Assembly: GCA_022616535.1 (NCBI GenBank) | Contig: JAKEEM010000016.1 | Coordinates: forward strand, 1,683 to 65,682 | From: Chlorobiota bacterium | GTDB lineage: Bacteria > Bacteroidota > Ignavibacteria > Tepidaquicellales > OLB5 | DNA: 64,000 nt | Reading direction: 5' to 3' | Shown: one piece after another, positions 9,735-18,322 of the stretch | Numbering within the stretch: position 1 is the first letter of the stretch | How the letters are laid out: every line of letters starts with the position of its first letter | The notes under the pieces: model-generated | The model's input: the letters and a program-made list of their open reading frames with translations, nothing else | Told to the model about the DNA's origin: nothing | The model's database searches: none | Translations under genes and position numbers: made by a program

Positions 9735-10394
9735 CTAAACATATTTACCAAACTCACCGTTTAAAAACGGATTATGCACTTTCTCCTCGCCTACTGAAGT
9801 TTCTTCCATATGTCCGGGATAGATAATATAATCATCCTCATATTTAAAAATTTTGTTGTTAATTGAATCAAGCAGAAGATTAATATCACCCATCCACAAA
9901 TCGGTTCTCCCTATTGAACCGAGGAAAACTGTATCACCTCCGAATATTACTTTCTCTTTTTCATCAACAAACGAGACGCTTCCCGGCGAATGACCGGGCG
10001 TATGCAGAATTTTAAGCGTTGTTCCCGCAAATTTTATTTCGTCGGATTCATCAATGAATTTATCAGGACTCGGCGGCTTTGGGAACTGGATTTGAAACAT
10101 TGCCCCCTGCTCAAGCGCATTATCAATTAATGGCGAATCATCTTTATGCATTAACAGGGGAACGTTAAATGTTTTCATAGCCCAGTCATTGCCCAGAATA
10201 TGGTCAATATGTCCGTGTGTATTTAAAATGAGCTTGATGCTTATTCCATTATCCTTAATGTATTTTGTGATTTCGTCTTTTTCAAAATCTTCGTAAGCGC
10301 CTGGGTCGATGATAACACCTTCTTTGCTGTCATCATCCCAGTAAATGTAGCAGTTCATTTCAAACGGGTTAACTGTGAAGGATTGTGTTGTCAT
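9735..10394 (-). CDS. MBL-fold metallo-hydrolase (glyoxalase II/YcbL-like)
   Basis: THGHIDHI, HTPGHSPG, GDTVF, SIGRTD and PGH motifs. Confidence 0.92.
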   Translation of the reverse strand: MTTQSFTVNPFEMNCYIYWDDDSKEGVIIDPGAYEDFEKDEITKYIKDNGISIKLILNTHGHIDHILGNDWAMKTFNVPLLMHKDDSPLIDNALEQGAMFQIQFPKPPSPDKFIDESDEIKFAGTTLKILHTPGHSPGSVSFVDEKEKVIFGGDTVFLGSIGRTDLWMGDINLLLDSINNKIFKYEDDYIIYPGHMEETSVGEEKVHNPFLNGEFGKYV

Positions 10395-10403
10395 AGTTAT
10401 CTT

Positions 10404-10478
10404 TCATTGCGAACGAAAGTGAAGCAATCTCAAAAATCCGCACTGGGATTGCCAGGTCGCTTCGCTCCTCGTAATGAC
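10404..10478. repeat. REP/RPE-like palindromic element (TCATTGCGA...TCGTAATGAC class)
   Basis: Outer arms TCATTGCGA/TCGTAATGA and inner stem GCAATCTC/GGGATTGC. GC-rich element inside an AT-rich intergenic region. Confidence 0.75.
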
Positions 10479-10528
10479 AATAATTGTATAGTTTTTACTT
10501 AGTTTTTTAAATATTTTAGCAATTTACA

Positions 10529-11014
10529 ATGAACCGAAGCGATAAAACAGGCATAAGAGAAGACAAACCGCGCAAAGAAACCGTAATTGCTTTAAATAAA
10601 AAAGCTTACCATGATTATGAAATACTAAGCAAGTATGATGCAGGTATGGTCTTAACAGGGACTGAGGTTAAATCGCTAAGGGAGCATAAGGCAAGTCTTG
10701 TTGATGCTTATGCAAGAACGAAAAACGGAGAAGTGTGGCTGATTAACTCTAACATACCTGTTTATAAGCTTGGGACTTACACAAATCACGAACCGATGCG
10801 AAACCGCAAGCTGCTGTTAAAGAAGAGCGAGATAAGAAAGCTTGACCAGAAATTGAAAGATAGAAGTCTTACCGTTGTTCCGTTAAAGCTTTATTTTTCG
10901 GGACCCTATATTAAAATCGAGCTTGGGCTTGCTAAAGGAAAAAGAAAATACGATAAGCGCGAAGCAATCAAAAAAGCAGAAATGCAGAGAAAACTAAAGA
11001 GAGTAAGAATATAA
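10529..11014 (+). CDS. smpB: SsrA-binding protein
   Basis: NKKAYHDY, GMVLTGTEVKSLR, RKLLL and AKGKRKYDKRE motifs. Confidence 0.97.
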   Translation: MNRSDKTGIREDKPRKETVIALNKKAYHDYEILSKYDAGMVLTGTEVKSLREHKASLVDAYARTKNGEVWLINSNIPVYKLGTYTNHEPMRNRKLLLKKSEIRKLDQKLKDRSLTVVPLKLYFSGPYIKIELGLAKGKRKYDKREAIKKAEMQRKLKRVRI

Positions 11015-12225
11015 TGCCTTTTCCCAGTGTAAAAGAACAGTTAGCTGTAATTAAAAGGAACATTGTTGAAATAATTCCCGACGATGAGCTTGAACGAAAG
11101 CTGGCTAAATCGCTAAAGGAAAACAAGCCGCTCAGAATTAAGCTCGGCTGCGACCCGTCACGTCCAGACCTGCACATTGGGCACAGTGTTGTTCTGCAAA
11201 AGCTGAGGGATTTTCAGGATTTGGGGCATATTGCGGTATTAATCATAGGCGATTTTACAGCTATGATAGGCGACCCCTCTGGAATCAATAAAACCCGCCC
11301 CCCGCTTTCACTTGAGGAAACCCGAATAAACGGAAAAACTTATTTTGAACAGGCATCGAAAATACTGCTTGAGAAAAACCTTGAAATAAGGTATAACTCC
11401 GAATGGCTTGATAAGATGAACTTCAGCAATGTAATAAAGCTTGCAAGCAAATATACGGTTGCACAGATACTTGAGCGTGACGATTTTGAAAAACGGATGG
11501 AATCAGGAACGCCAATAAGCCTGCACGAGCTGCTTTACCCGCTTTCACAGGCGATGGACTCGGTTGCAATTAAAAGCGATGTTGAGCTCGGCGGCACCGA
11601 CCAGAAATTTAACCTGCTTGTGGGTAGAGCCATACAGGAAGCATACGGACAGGAGCCTCAATGCATAATTACAATGGAGCTGCTTGAAGGAACCGACGGT
11701 GTTGAAAAGATGAGCAAGTCGTTAAACAACGCTATATGTTTTACGGATTCGCCGAAGGAAATGTTCGGAAAGACGATGTCAATACCCGATTCGCTGATAC
11801 TAAAATACTTTACACTTACCACACCGCTAAGCAATAAAGAGCTGACAGGAATCAAAACACAGCTTGAGGAACCCCAAAACAATCCCAGGGATCTTAAAGT
11901 GCGTCTCGCATACGAGCTGGTCAAGAAATATTACGATGAAGAAAGCGCGGAATACGCAAAAAAGGAGTTTGAAAATGTTTTCGTTAAGAAGGAAATTCCC
12001 GACGACATCCCCGAATATAAAATTGATGCCAAAGAACTGAAGCTGATAAGCCTGATGAAGGAAACGGGAATGGTATCCTCAGCTTCAGAGGCGATGCGGC
12101 TGATAAAACAGGGCGGAGTTTACATTGACGGAGAGAAAATCACCGATGACAAGTTTGTGGTCAAAGCCGAAAAAGATTTCATCCTCAAGGTGGGCAAAAG
12201 AAAATTTGTAAAAATCAAAGTTTAA
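11014..12225 (+). CDS. tyrS: tyrosine--tRNA ligase (TyrZ-like, C-terminal S4 domain)
   Basis: GCDPSRPDLHIGH, ELGGTDQKFN and KMSKS motifs; S4 tail ending GKRKF. Confidence 0.97.
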   Translation: MPFPSVKEQLAVIKRNIVEIIPDDELERKLAKSLKENKPLRIKLGCDPSRPDLHIGHSVVLQKLRDFQDLGHIAVLIIGDFTAMIGDPSGINKTRPPLSLEETRINGKTYFEQASKILLEKNLEIRYNSEWLDKMNFSNVIKLASKYTVAQILERDDFEKRMESGTPISLHELLYPLSQAMDSVAIKSDVELGGTDQKFNLLVGRAIQEAYGQEPQCIITMELLEGTDGVEKMSKSLNNAICFTDSPKEMFGKTMSIPDSLILKYFTLTTPLSNKELTGIKTQLEEPQNNPRDLKVRLAYELVKKYYDEESAEYAKKEFENVFVKKEIPDDIPEYKIDAKELKLISLMKETGMVSSASEAMRLIKQGGVYIDGEKITDDKFVVKAEKDFILKVGKRKFVKIKV

Positions 12226-12332
12226 TTAATATATTTTAATTATTATATTTGCTTCATGAATTTATTTAGAACTCACCTGGCTGCAGCGACAGGCCTATTA
12301 ACCAAAACTTAAAACCGGAGAATTAGTAGAAA

Positions 12333-12878
12333 TTGTTCAAACCCACTAAAATCTTCTTCACCAAAGGTGTTGGAAGACATAAGGATTATTTGCAGTCATT
12401 TGAGATGTCTTTAAGAATGGCAGGAATTGAAAAATGCAATTTAGTGTCGGTATCAAGTATTTTCCCCGCTGGATGCAAAAGAATGCCAAAAGAAGACGGG
12501 GTAAAGCTGCTTGAGCCCGGGCAGATTACATTCTGCGTTATGGCAAGAAATTCAACCAACGAACCCAACAGGCTAATCGCTTCGTCAATCGGGGTAGCCC
12601 TGCCGAAGGATGACAGCCAGTACGGATATATTTCCGAACACCACCCCTTTGGTGAGTCCGAAAAGATTTCAGGCGAATATGCAGAAGACATTGCGGCTCA
12701 AATGCTCGCTACAACCCTTGGCATCGAATTTGATCCTGAGCAGGCATGGGACGAGAGAGAGCAGGTCTATAAGGCAAGCGGGCAGATTTATAAAACATTT
12801 AATATCACTCAGTCTGCAGAAGGCGATAAAACCGGGATTTGGACAACTGTTATTGCCGCTGCCGTAATGCTCCCATAG
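12333..12878 (+). CDS. pdaD: pyruvoyl-dependent arginine decarboxylase
   Basis: [16 protein letters not shown] (Ser-Ser autocleavage site) and YGYISEHH motifs; TTG start. Confidence 0.9.
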   Translation: MFKPTKIFFTKGVGRHKDYLQSFEMSLRMAGIEKCNLVSVSSIFPAGCKRMPKEDGVKLLEPGQITFCVMARNSTNEPNRLIASSIGVALPKDDSQYGYISEHHPFGESEKISGEYAEDIAAQMLATTLGIEFDPEQAWDEREQVYKASGQIYKTFNITQSAEGDKTGIWTTVIAAAVMLP

Positions 12879-12884
12879 TGAAAA

Positions 12885-13583
12885 GTGAAAAGGCAGAACA
12901 AAAACAACTCCCCTAGTCCCCCTTTAGTAAGGGGGATTAAAAAATGCCTTATAGTTTGTAATGGCGAATTAAAGAAACGACTGCTGAACAAATTTTTAGA
13001 TGCTTCGCTTTCGCTCAGCATTGTTGCCTGCGACGGTGCTTCTAATTTTCTTTACAGGTACAAAATTATCCCTCATTATATTACCGGCGATTTTGACGCT
13101 ATAAAATCCGGTGTCCTGAGGTATTACAAAACAAAAGGTGTCACGATAAAAAAAATCCGTGACCAGAACACAAATGATTTAGAAAAAGCACTAAAGCTTG
13201 CCCTTTCAAAAAAATTCAGTAAAATTTTAATAATCGGAGCCACGGGCAAGCGCCTTGACCATACGATAAATAATCTGAGCGTTTTAAAACGTTACAGCAA
13301 AAAAGCTGATATTAAGTTTTACGATAATACCTTCGAAATGTTTTTCTTAAACAAAAGCACAGAGTTCAAATACCGTAAAGGTGAGGTTGTGAGTCTGTTA
13401 GCACTTCCCAAGGCAGCGGGAATAAAAACCCAGGGACTTAAATGGAAGCTTAATAATGAGACTCTTGAACTGGGCAAGCGTGAGGGCGCGTTAAACATTG
13501 CAAGCAGTGATTTTGTGAAAGTCACAATTGAAAAGGGTGATTTGCTTGTGTTTAGGAAGCATTTTGGGAAGATAAATTTATAG
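12885..13583 (+). CDS. thiN: thiamine pyrophosphokinase
   Basis: ACDGAS, ITGDFD, DQNTNDLEKAL, GATGKRLDH and GLKWKL motifs. Start codon uncertain. Confidence 0.9.
   Translation: MKRQNKNNSPSPPLVRGIKKCLIVCNGELKKRLLNKFLDASLSLSIVACDGASNFLYRYKIIPHYITGDFDAIKSGVLRYYKTKGVTIKKIRDQNTNDLEKALKLALSKKFSKILIIGATGKRLDHTINNLSVLKRYSKKADIKFYDNTFEMFFLNKSTEFKYRKGEVVSLLALPKAAGIKTQGLKWKLNNETLELGKREGALNIASSDFVKVTIEKGDLLVFRKHFGKINL
12914..12939. repeat. CCCCCTT-N4-AAGGGGG hairpin element at the thiN 5' end
   Basis: TAGTCCCCCTT-TAGT-AAGGGGGATTA forms an 11-bp stem with one G-T pair. Confidence 0.65.
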
Positions 13584-15986
13584 TTACCAGTTAACACTTT
13601 CAGTCACTTCCCCATCGGATTCAAAAATTAATGCACCGTTTTCATTTGTTTTCAGCACGTTCATTCCGATATGTTCCAGTGAGGCGGTAAATATATCGGT
13701 TCGCATTTTTTTGCGTGTTGAACGCGATGATGAAATCACAACAAACTCAGGATTTGCTTTAGCCAAAAACTCAGCCGAACTATAATCGAACGAGCCCGCT
13801 CCAGCAGTTTTTAAAACCTGAACGTTATCGTCGCCAAATATGAGTTTAGTGTTGAGAAAATCTTCGTTTAATGAGTATGAATCGGTGAATATGAAACTCT
13901 GGTCACCATAAGTAAACTGTGCCATCATTGATTCACCGTTATACAAGCTGTCATAATACAGGTAAATTCTGAATTTACCCTGTTTATTTACTATTTGGGA
14001 ATTTTCAACAAAATAAATTTTTGTATTCTTGAATGATGTATTAATTAATTCATTCTCAAAAACAGGTTTGTAGTATACAGGGATTAAAATCTTTTTAACA
14101 GGGAAATTTTTTACAAAATTGTTCAAGCTTCGGAATTCATTTGCGTTTAAAGCAGTGATAATTAGCAAATCCAGTTCACCAATTCCCTGAGTTTTTAAAT
14201 ACGGAATAACATTTCTTTCAGAGGGTGAATATTTTTTAGTGTCCGAGCCTGTATTAATCAGCACACTCGTTCCGAGAGGCATTTTAATCAAAGTGCTGTT
14301 TGAGCTGCCAACATCAATATATGTTATTTGCACTTTATCTGTTTTATCCATTATCGAACTCAGCAATACAAAATTTGCAATTAATAAAATTATAACAGCG
14401 GCTCTGAGCTTGTAATTACTTTTACTAATTCCATAAAGAAGTGCAAGAACAATAAAATAAACAGCCATAAAAAGATAGTCGACGAAATACGTTTCAACAA
14501 ATGCAAAATCAAGCTTAGCGCAGAATTCGATCATTTCAAGCTGGTAATGCATAATCATTGAATTAACGGCTGCAAAAATTGATGCCAGCCAAGATGAAAA
14601 AGTTGAGGCGATTATCATAATGAATCCCAATGCCAAAGCTAAGTTTGAAAGCGGGATTGCAAACAGGTTTGCAGCAAGCGATACAACAGAAACTTTATTA
14701 AACATCATAGAAGAAATTGGCAGAGTCCCAAGCTGAGCCGCAAACGTCCCTAAAAACAAAAGCAAAATCCACTTAACGGACTTGCCAAAGATTTTTTCCT
14801 CATCCAAATTCGCATACCATTTCATTTTCCTAAGCCATTCATTGAGTTTAGGATAAAGAATTATTATTGAAAAAATTGCTGTAAATGAAAGTATAAATCC
14901 GGCATCAAACAGCTGGCGCGGGTCGTAAATGAGAATTACAAGTCCCGCAAATGCGACAATGTTGTATGCATTGGGCTTGCGTTCGATAATTTGGGCAATC
15001 AAAAAAACACTTGCCATAATTGTTGCCCTGACGATTGAGGGAACGCTGCCTGTGATTCCCATATACAGAAAAAGAAAAATAATTATAATAATGTTTTTGT
15101 AAGAATGTTTAACCGGAACAAACATAAGTACAGCCCAGATGATTAACGCCACATAAGCTACGTTCAGCCCGGAAACCGCAATTATGTGTGCAACTCCTGC
15201 ATTCACAAAATTTTCCTTTATTTCCTGTGATATGTTACTGCGCTCACCCAGCACCAAACCTTTTAAATACTCACCTTCATCTCCCCCGACCAGTTTATCG
15301 ATTACTTTAATTGAATAATCCTTAATAGGATAAATAATTTTTGACTTCAGAAAGCTTGGTTCAGTATGCCCAATCCGTTCAATTTTGTCAAACCCGAAAG
15401 CAATGAATACGGCGTCGACATCATGCATTTTTAGATATTTTCCGTAATCAAACTCGCCGGGATTTCTTCTGTGCGGGAGCATCTCAAGCTTGCCGGTTAT
15501 TTGGATTTCATCCCCGTAACGGTAATCAGAAGGGGGTTTTTCAGCATATTTCACTTTATAAACTGAAACAAGAACATAGCCGTCACAATGAATACTGTCG
15601 GCCATCTTATTTTTGATAAGAAGTCTGAGCCTGTCATCTTTTACTTCCGGCTGTTCGGAAACTATCCCTTTTAAAACGTTTTTTTTATCTTTGAATTCAT
15701 TGACGAGCTTTGAAACATTATTTTCTTCAGTTTTATAATATTTAAATTGAAACAAAAATATTCCAAACAGAATAACAATTGCAGAATATGAAAACAGGAA
15801 CAGTTCACCTTTTGTAGGGGTTGTATAAGTAAAAATTATCAGTGCGGATAAAACAAGGAGAATAACAATGAAAAACACATCAGGCAGGGCGCTTAAATTC
15901 ATGCCTGAGAAATAACTAATTAAAATCCCTATAATTAGCGGAATTACAGTAACAAGAGCAGGATATTTTCTTACAAAGTTTTGCAG
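13584..15986 (-). CDS. comEC: ComEC/Rec2 DNA uptake channel (OB domain, Competence domain, degenerate MBL-like domain)
   Basis: RRNPGEFDY, GLVLGE, AGVAHIIAVSG and AGFILSF motifs. The frame is open upstream of ATG 15902 and encodes an extra TM segment from CTG 15986. Confidence 0.9.
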   Translation of the reverse strand: MQNFVRKYPALVTVIPLIIGILISYFSGMNLSALPDVFFIVILLVLSALIIFTYTTPTKGELFLFSYSAIVILFGIFLFQFKYYKTEENNVSKLVNEFKDKKNVLKGIVSEQPEVKDDRLRLLIKNKMADSIHCDGYVLVSVYKVKYAEKPPSDYRYGDEIQITGKLEMLPHRRNPGEFDYGKYLKMHDVDAVFIAFGFDKIERIGHTEPSFLKSKIIYPIKDYSIKVIDKLVGGDEGEYLKGLVLGERSNISQEIKENFVNAGVAHIIAVSGLNVAYVALIIWAVLMFVPVKHSYKNIIIIIFLFLYMGITGSVPSIVRATIMASVFLIAQIIERKPNAYNIVAFAGLVILIYDPRQLFDAGFILSFTAIFSIIILYPKLNEWLRKMKWYANLDEEKIFGKSVKWILLLFLGTFAAQLGTLPISSMMFNKVSVVSLAANLFAIPLSNLALALGFIMIIASTFSSWLASIFAAVNSMIMHYQLEMIEFCAKLDFAFVETYFVDYLFMAVYFIVLALLYGISKSNYKLRAAVIILLIANFVLLSSIMDKTDKVQITYIDVGSSNSTLIKMPLGTSVLINTGSDTKKYSPSERNVIPYLKTQGIGELDLLIITALNANEFRSLNNFVKNFPVKKILIPVYYKPVFENELINTSFKNTKIYFVENSQIVNKQGKFRIYLYYDSLYNGESMMAQFTYGDQSFIFTDSYSLNEDFLNTKLIFGDDNVQVLKTAGAGSFDYSSAEFLAKANPEFVVISSSRSTRKKMRTDIFTASLEHIGMNVLKTNENGALIFESDGEVTESVNW

Positions 15987-16089
15987 AACTGTTAAGATTA
16001 ATAATAAATTTTTATTTATTAAATATAAATCAATTTACTTTTTAGATTGCAAATAATTTTGTAATTTACACTTTCAACCGAAAATAATA

Positions 16090-16683
16090 ATGAAGCCGAT
16101 AGTAACTAACCGCTTAATCATACGTGAATTCAGACCGAGTGACCTGGGGGAGATATACAGAATACTTGATGTAGAATTGGGGCTTGTGGACTCCGTAGAA
16201 CAAGACTCCTCAATTGCCCAGCGTAAAAAATGGCTTGAGTGGACCCTGCAAAGCTACGAGCAAAACAGGATGCTGTTAAATCCACCCTATGGCAACAATG
16301 CGATAGTGCTTAAAGATTCGCTCCAGCTAATCGGAGCTTGCGGCTTTACGCCTATCCTAGCTCCGCTCGGACTGATTCCATATTACAGGTATTCTGCGGG
16401 AGTCGTTGATGAAGAATACAACTATCCCGAAGTTGGAATATTTTTTGCAATTTCCCCCCACTACCAGTGCAGGGGCTTTGCCTATGAAGCTTCAAAAGCT
16501 CTGATTGAGCTGGGGTTTAAGAAGCTTAAAATCAAAAGAATTGTCGGCATTACTAACCTTTATAACAATCCATCAATTGCGGTTTTAAAGCGGCTGGGAA
16601 TGAGAATCGAAACACTCCCAAGCCATAAATGGATGCAGGTCGTGGGGTTTCTGGAAAACAATTTAAACGGGAAAGCCGATTAA
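16090..16683 (+). CDS. GNAT family N-acetyltransferase (RimJ/RimL-like)
   Basis: IVTNRLIIREF, YQCRGFAYEA and NNPSIAVLKRLGM motifs. Confidence 0.88.
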   Translation: MKPIVTNRLIIREFRPSDLGEIYRILDVELGLVDSVEQDSSIAQRKKWLEWTLQSYEQNRMLLNPPYGNNAIVLKDSLQLIGACGFTPILAPLGLIPYYRYSAGVVDEEYNYPEVGIFFAISPHYQCRGFAYEASKALIELGFKKLKIKRIVGITNLYNNPSIAVLKRLGMRIETLPSHKWMQVVGFLENNLNGKAD

Positions 16684-16688
16684 AATTA

Positions 16689-17210
16689 ATGGTCAAGCGA
16701 ATTAGATGGACAGAAAGGAAATTTGAATTTAACCTGCCGCCGGGCGTTTTCCCCAATCTGCTGGTAAGACTTCTTGGAACTGCTCCCAGAATTGAGGATT
16801 TGACTAAATGGCTGAGCAATGAGGAACTCTCCTTCAAATCAAACGGAAAATGGTCGATAAAAGAGCATATAGGACATTTAATCGATTTAGAGGAGCTTCA
16901 CGAAAAAAGGCTAGCCGAAATTCTGCAAGGTAAAGGGACACTCACCGCAGCTGATATGACGAATAGGAAAACTAACGATGCAAACCACAATTTAAAGAGC
17001 ATTGCAGAATTGCTTTCTGAATTCAGGAGAGTAAGAGAAGATTTTGTTAACCGGCTGGAAGCCCTGGATGAAGGAACTATCTTAAAATCGGGTATCCACC
17101 CAAGATTGAACCAGCCGATGAGGATAATAGATATTGCATATTTTACATCCGAACATGATGACCATCACCTCACGATAATAAAAGAAATCATTAACATCCA
17201 AACTCAGTGA
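16689..17210 (+). CDS. DinB/YfiT-like family protein
   Basis: KWSIKEHIGHL, IHPRL and EHDDHHL motifs. Start placed at ATG 16689 (MVKRIRW). Confidence 0.88.
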   Translation: MVKRIRWTERKFEFNLPPGVFPNLLVRLLGTAPRIEDLTKWLSNEELSFKSNGKWSIKEHIGHLIDLEELHEKRLAEILQGKGTLTAADMTNRKTNDANHNLKSIAELLSEFRRVREDFVNRLEALDEGTILKSGIHPRLNQPMRIIDIAYFTSEHDDHHLTIIKEIINIQTQ

Positions 17211-17212
17211 TT

Positions 17213-17353
17213 ATGGTTAACCTAAACGATAGGCACACGCCTGATGAACAAAGTAGCGGACTTTCACCCGGATTTAAATTCAGGTTAATTATGACAATGG
17301 TTTTTCTTATACTTGCTGTTGTTTACATTTTATGGCTGATTAAATTACTTTAA
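17213..17353 (+). CDS. small single-TM protein (46 aa)
   Basis: MVNLNDRHTPDEQSSGLSPGFKFRLIMTMVFLILAVVYILWLIKLL*. It fills the gap with 2-nt spacing to both neighbouring DinB genes. Confidence 0.6.
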   Translation: MVNLNDRHTPDEQSSGLSPGFKFRLIMTMVFLILAVVYILWLIKLL

Positions 17354-17355
17354 TT

Positions 17356-17793
17356 ATGGAAAAATATAAAAAACAATATTCAAAATACTTAGACCAGCTT
17401 AGGGAAGAAATCTCGCTTTACAAAGACGAAAATGATTTATGGAAGCTTACGGGGGATATTAAAAACACCCCCGGAAATCTTGCAATTCACATTTGCGGGA
17501 ACTTAAAATTCAATTTCGGGGCGGTATTGCTGAACAACGGATACGTTAGAGACCGTGACTCTGAGTTTGCAAGAAAAAATGTACCGAGGGAAGAAATCCT
17601 CAAAGAAATCGATTCAGCCAAAAAAGTTGTTTTAGAATCATTAAGTACATTAAGCAGAGCGGATTTGAATAAGCCCTTTCCAAGCAGTGCTTACGGTGAC
17701 GAAGGTACAACCGGAGATTTAATACTGCGGATTTCTTTTCACCTTGCCTACCATTTGGGGCAGATAAATTATCACAGAAGAATTTTAACTTAA
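17356..17793 (+). CDS. DinB superfamily protein (DUF1572-like)
   Basis: NTPGNLAIHICGNL, YVRDRDSEF and HLAYHLGQINY motifs. Confidence 0.88.
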   Translation: MEKYKKQYSKYLDQLREEISLYKDENDLWKLTGDIKNTPGNLAIHICGNLKFNFGAVLLNNGYVRDRDSEFARKNVPREEILKEIDSAKKVVLESLSTLSRADLNKPFPSSAYGDEGTTGDLILRISFHLAYHLGQINYHRRILT

Positions 17794-17812
17794 ATATAAT
17801 GCCGATAAATAA

Positions 17813-18322
17813 ATGAACGTTTTATACAACACTATAAACCGGTTAAATTATTTAATCAATGAAGTTCCTCAAAAAATAGCTAACATTCCGGGTGATGAAC
17901 TAGCATTTAAAAAATCACCTGATAAATGGTCTAAAAAAGAGATACTCGGCCATTTATGCGATTCAGCTGTAAACAATCTGGGCAGGTTTATCCGAGCGCA
18001 GTTCGAGCCTCAGCCATTTAAGGTTACAAGCTACGCGCAGGATGACTGGGTAAAATGCAATCATTATCAGGAAATGCCGAAGGGTGATATTGTAGATATA
18101 TGGAAAAGCATTAACACAAGAATCGTTTACGTAATTTCAAAAATGCCGGAAGAGAAACTCGCAGTTGAGTGTGAGTTGGGTGACGCCGCTTTCAGAGATG
18201 AAGGTGATAAAAAGACACTGCTTTGGTTGATTGAAGATTATCTTGTTCACATGGAATACCATTTAAAGCAGATAATCGAAGAAGACTGGCTGAGAAACGA
18301 TTATTTAACGAAAAGAAGATAA
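17813..18322 (+). CDS. DinB family protein
   Basis: KWSKKEILGHLCDSA and DYLVHMEYHLKQI motifs. Confidence 0.88.
   Translation: MNVLYNTINRLNYLINEVPQKIANIPGDELAFKKSPDKWSKKEILGHLCDSAVNNLGRFIRAQFEPQPFKVTSYAQDDWVKCNHYQEMPKGDIVDIWKSINTRIVYVISKMPEEKLAVECELGDAAFRDEGDKKTLLWLIEDYLVHMEYHLKQIIEEDWLRNDYLTKRR

Noticed and set aside
16629-16688. Long overlap between the GNAT and DinB ORFs
   Set aside because: Disappears when the DinB start is placed at ATG 16689.
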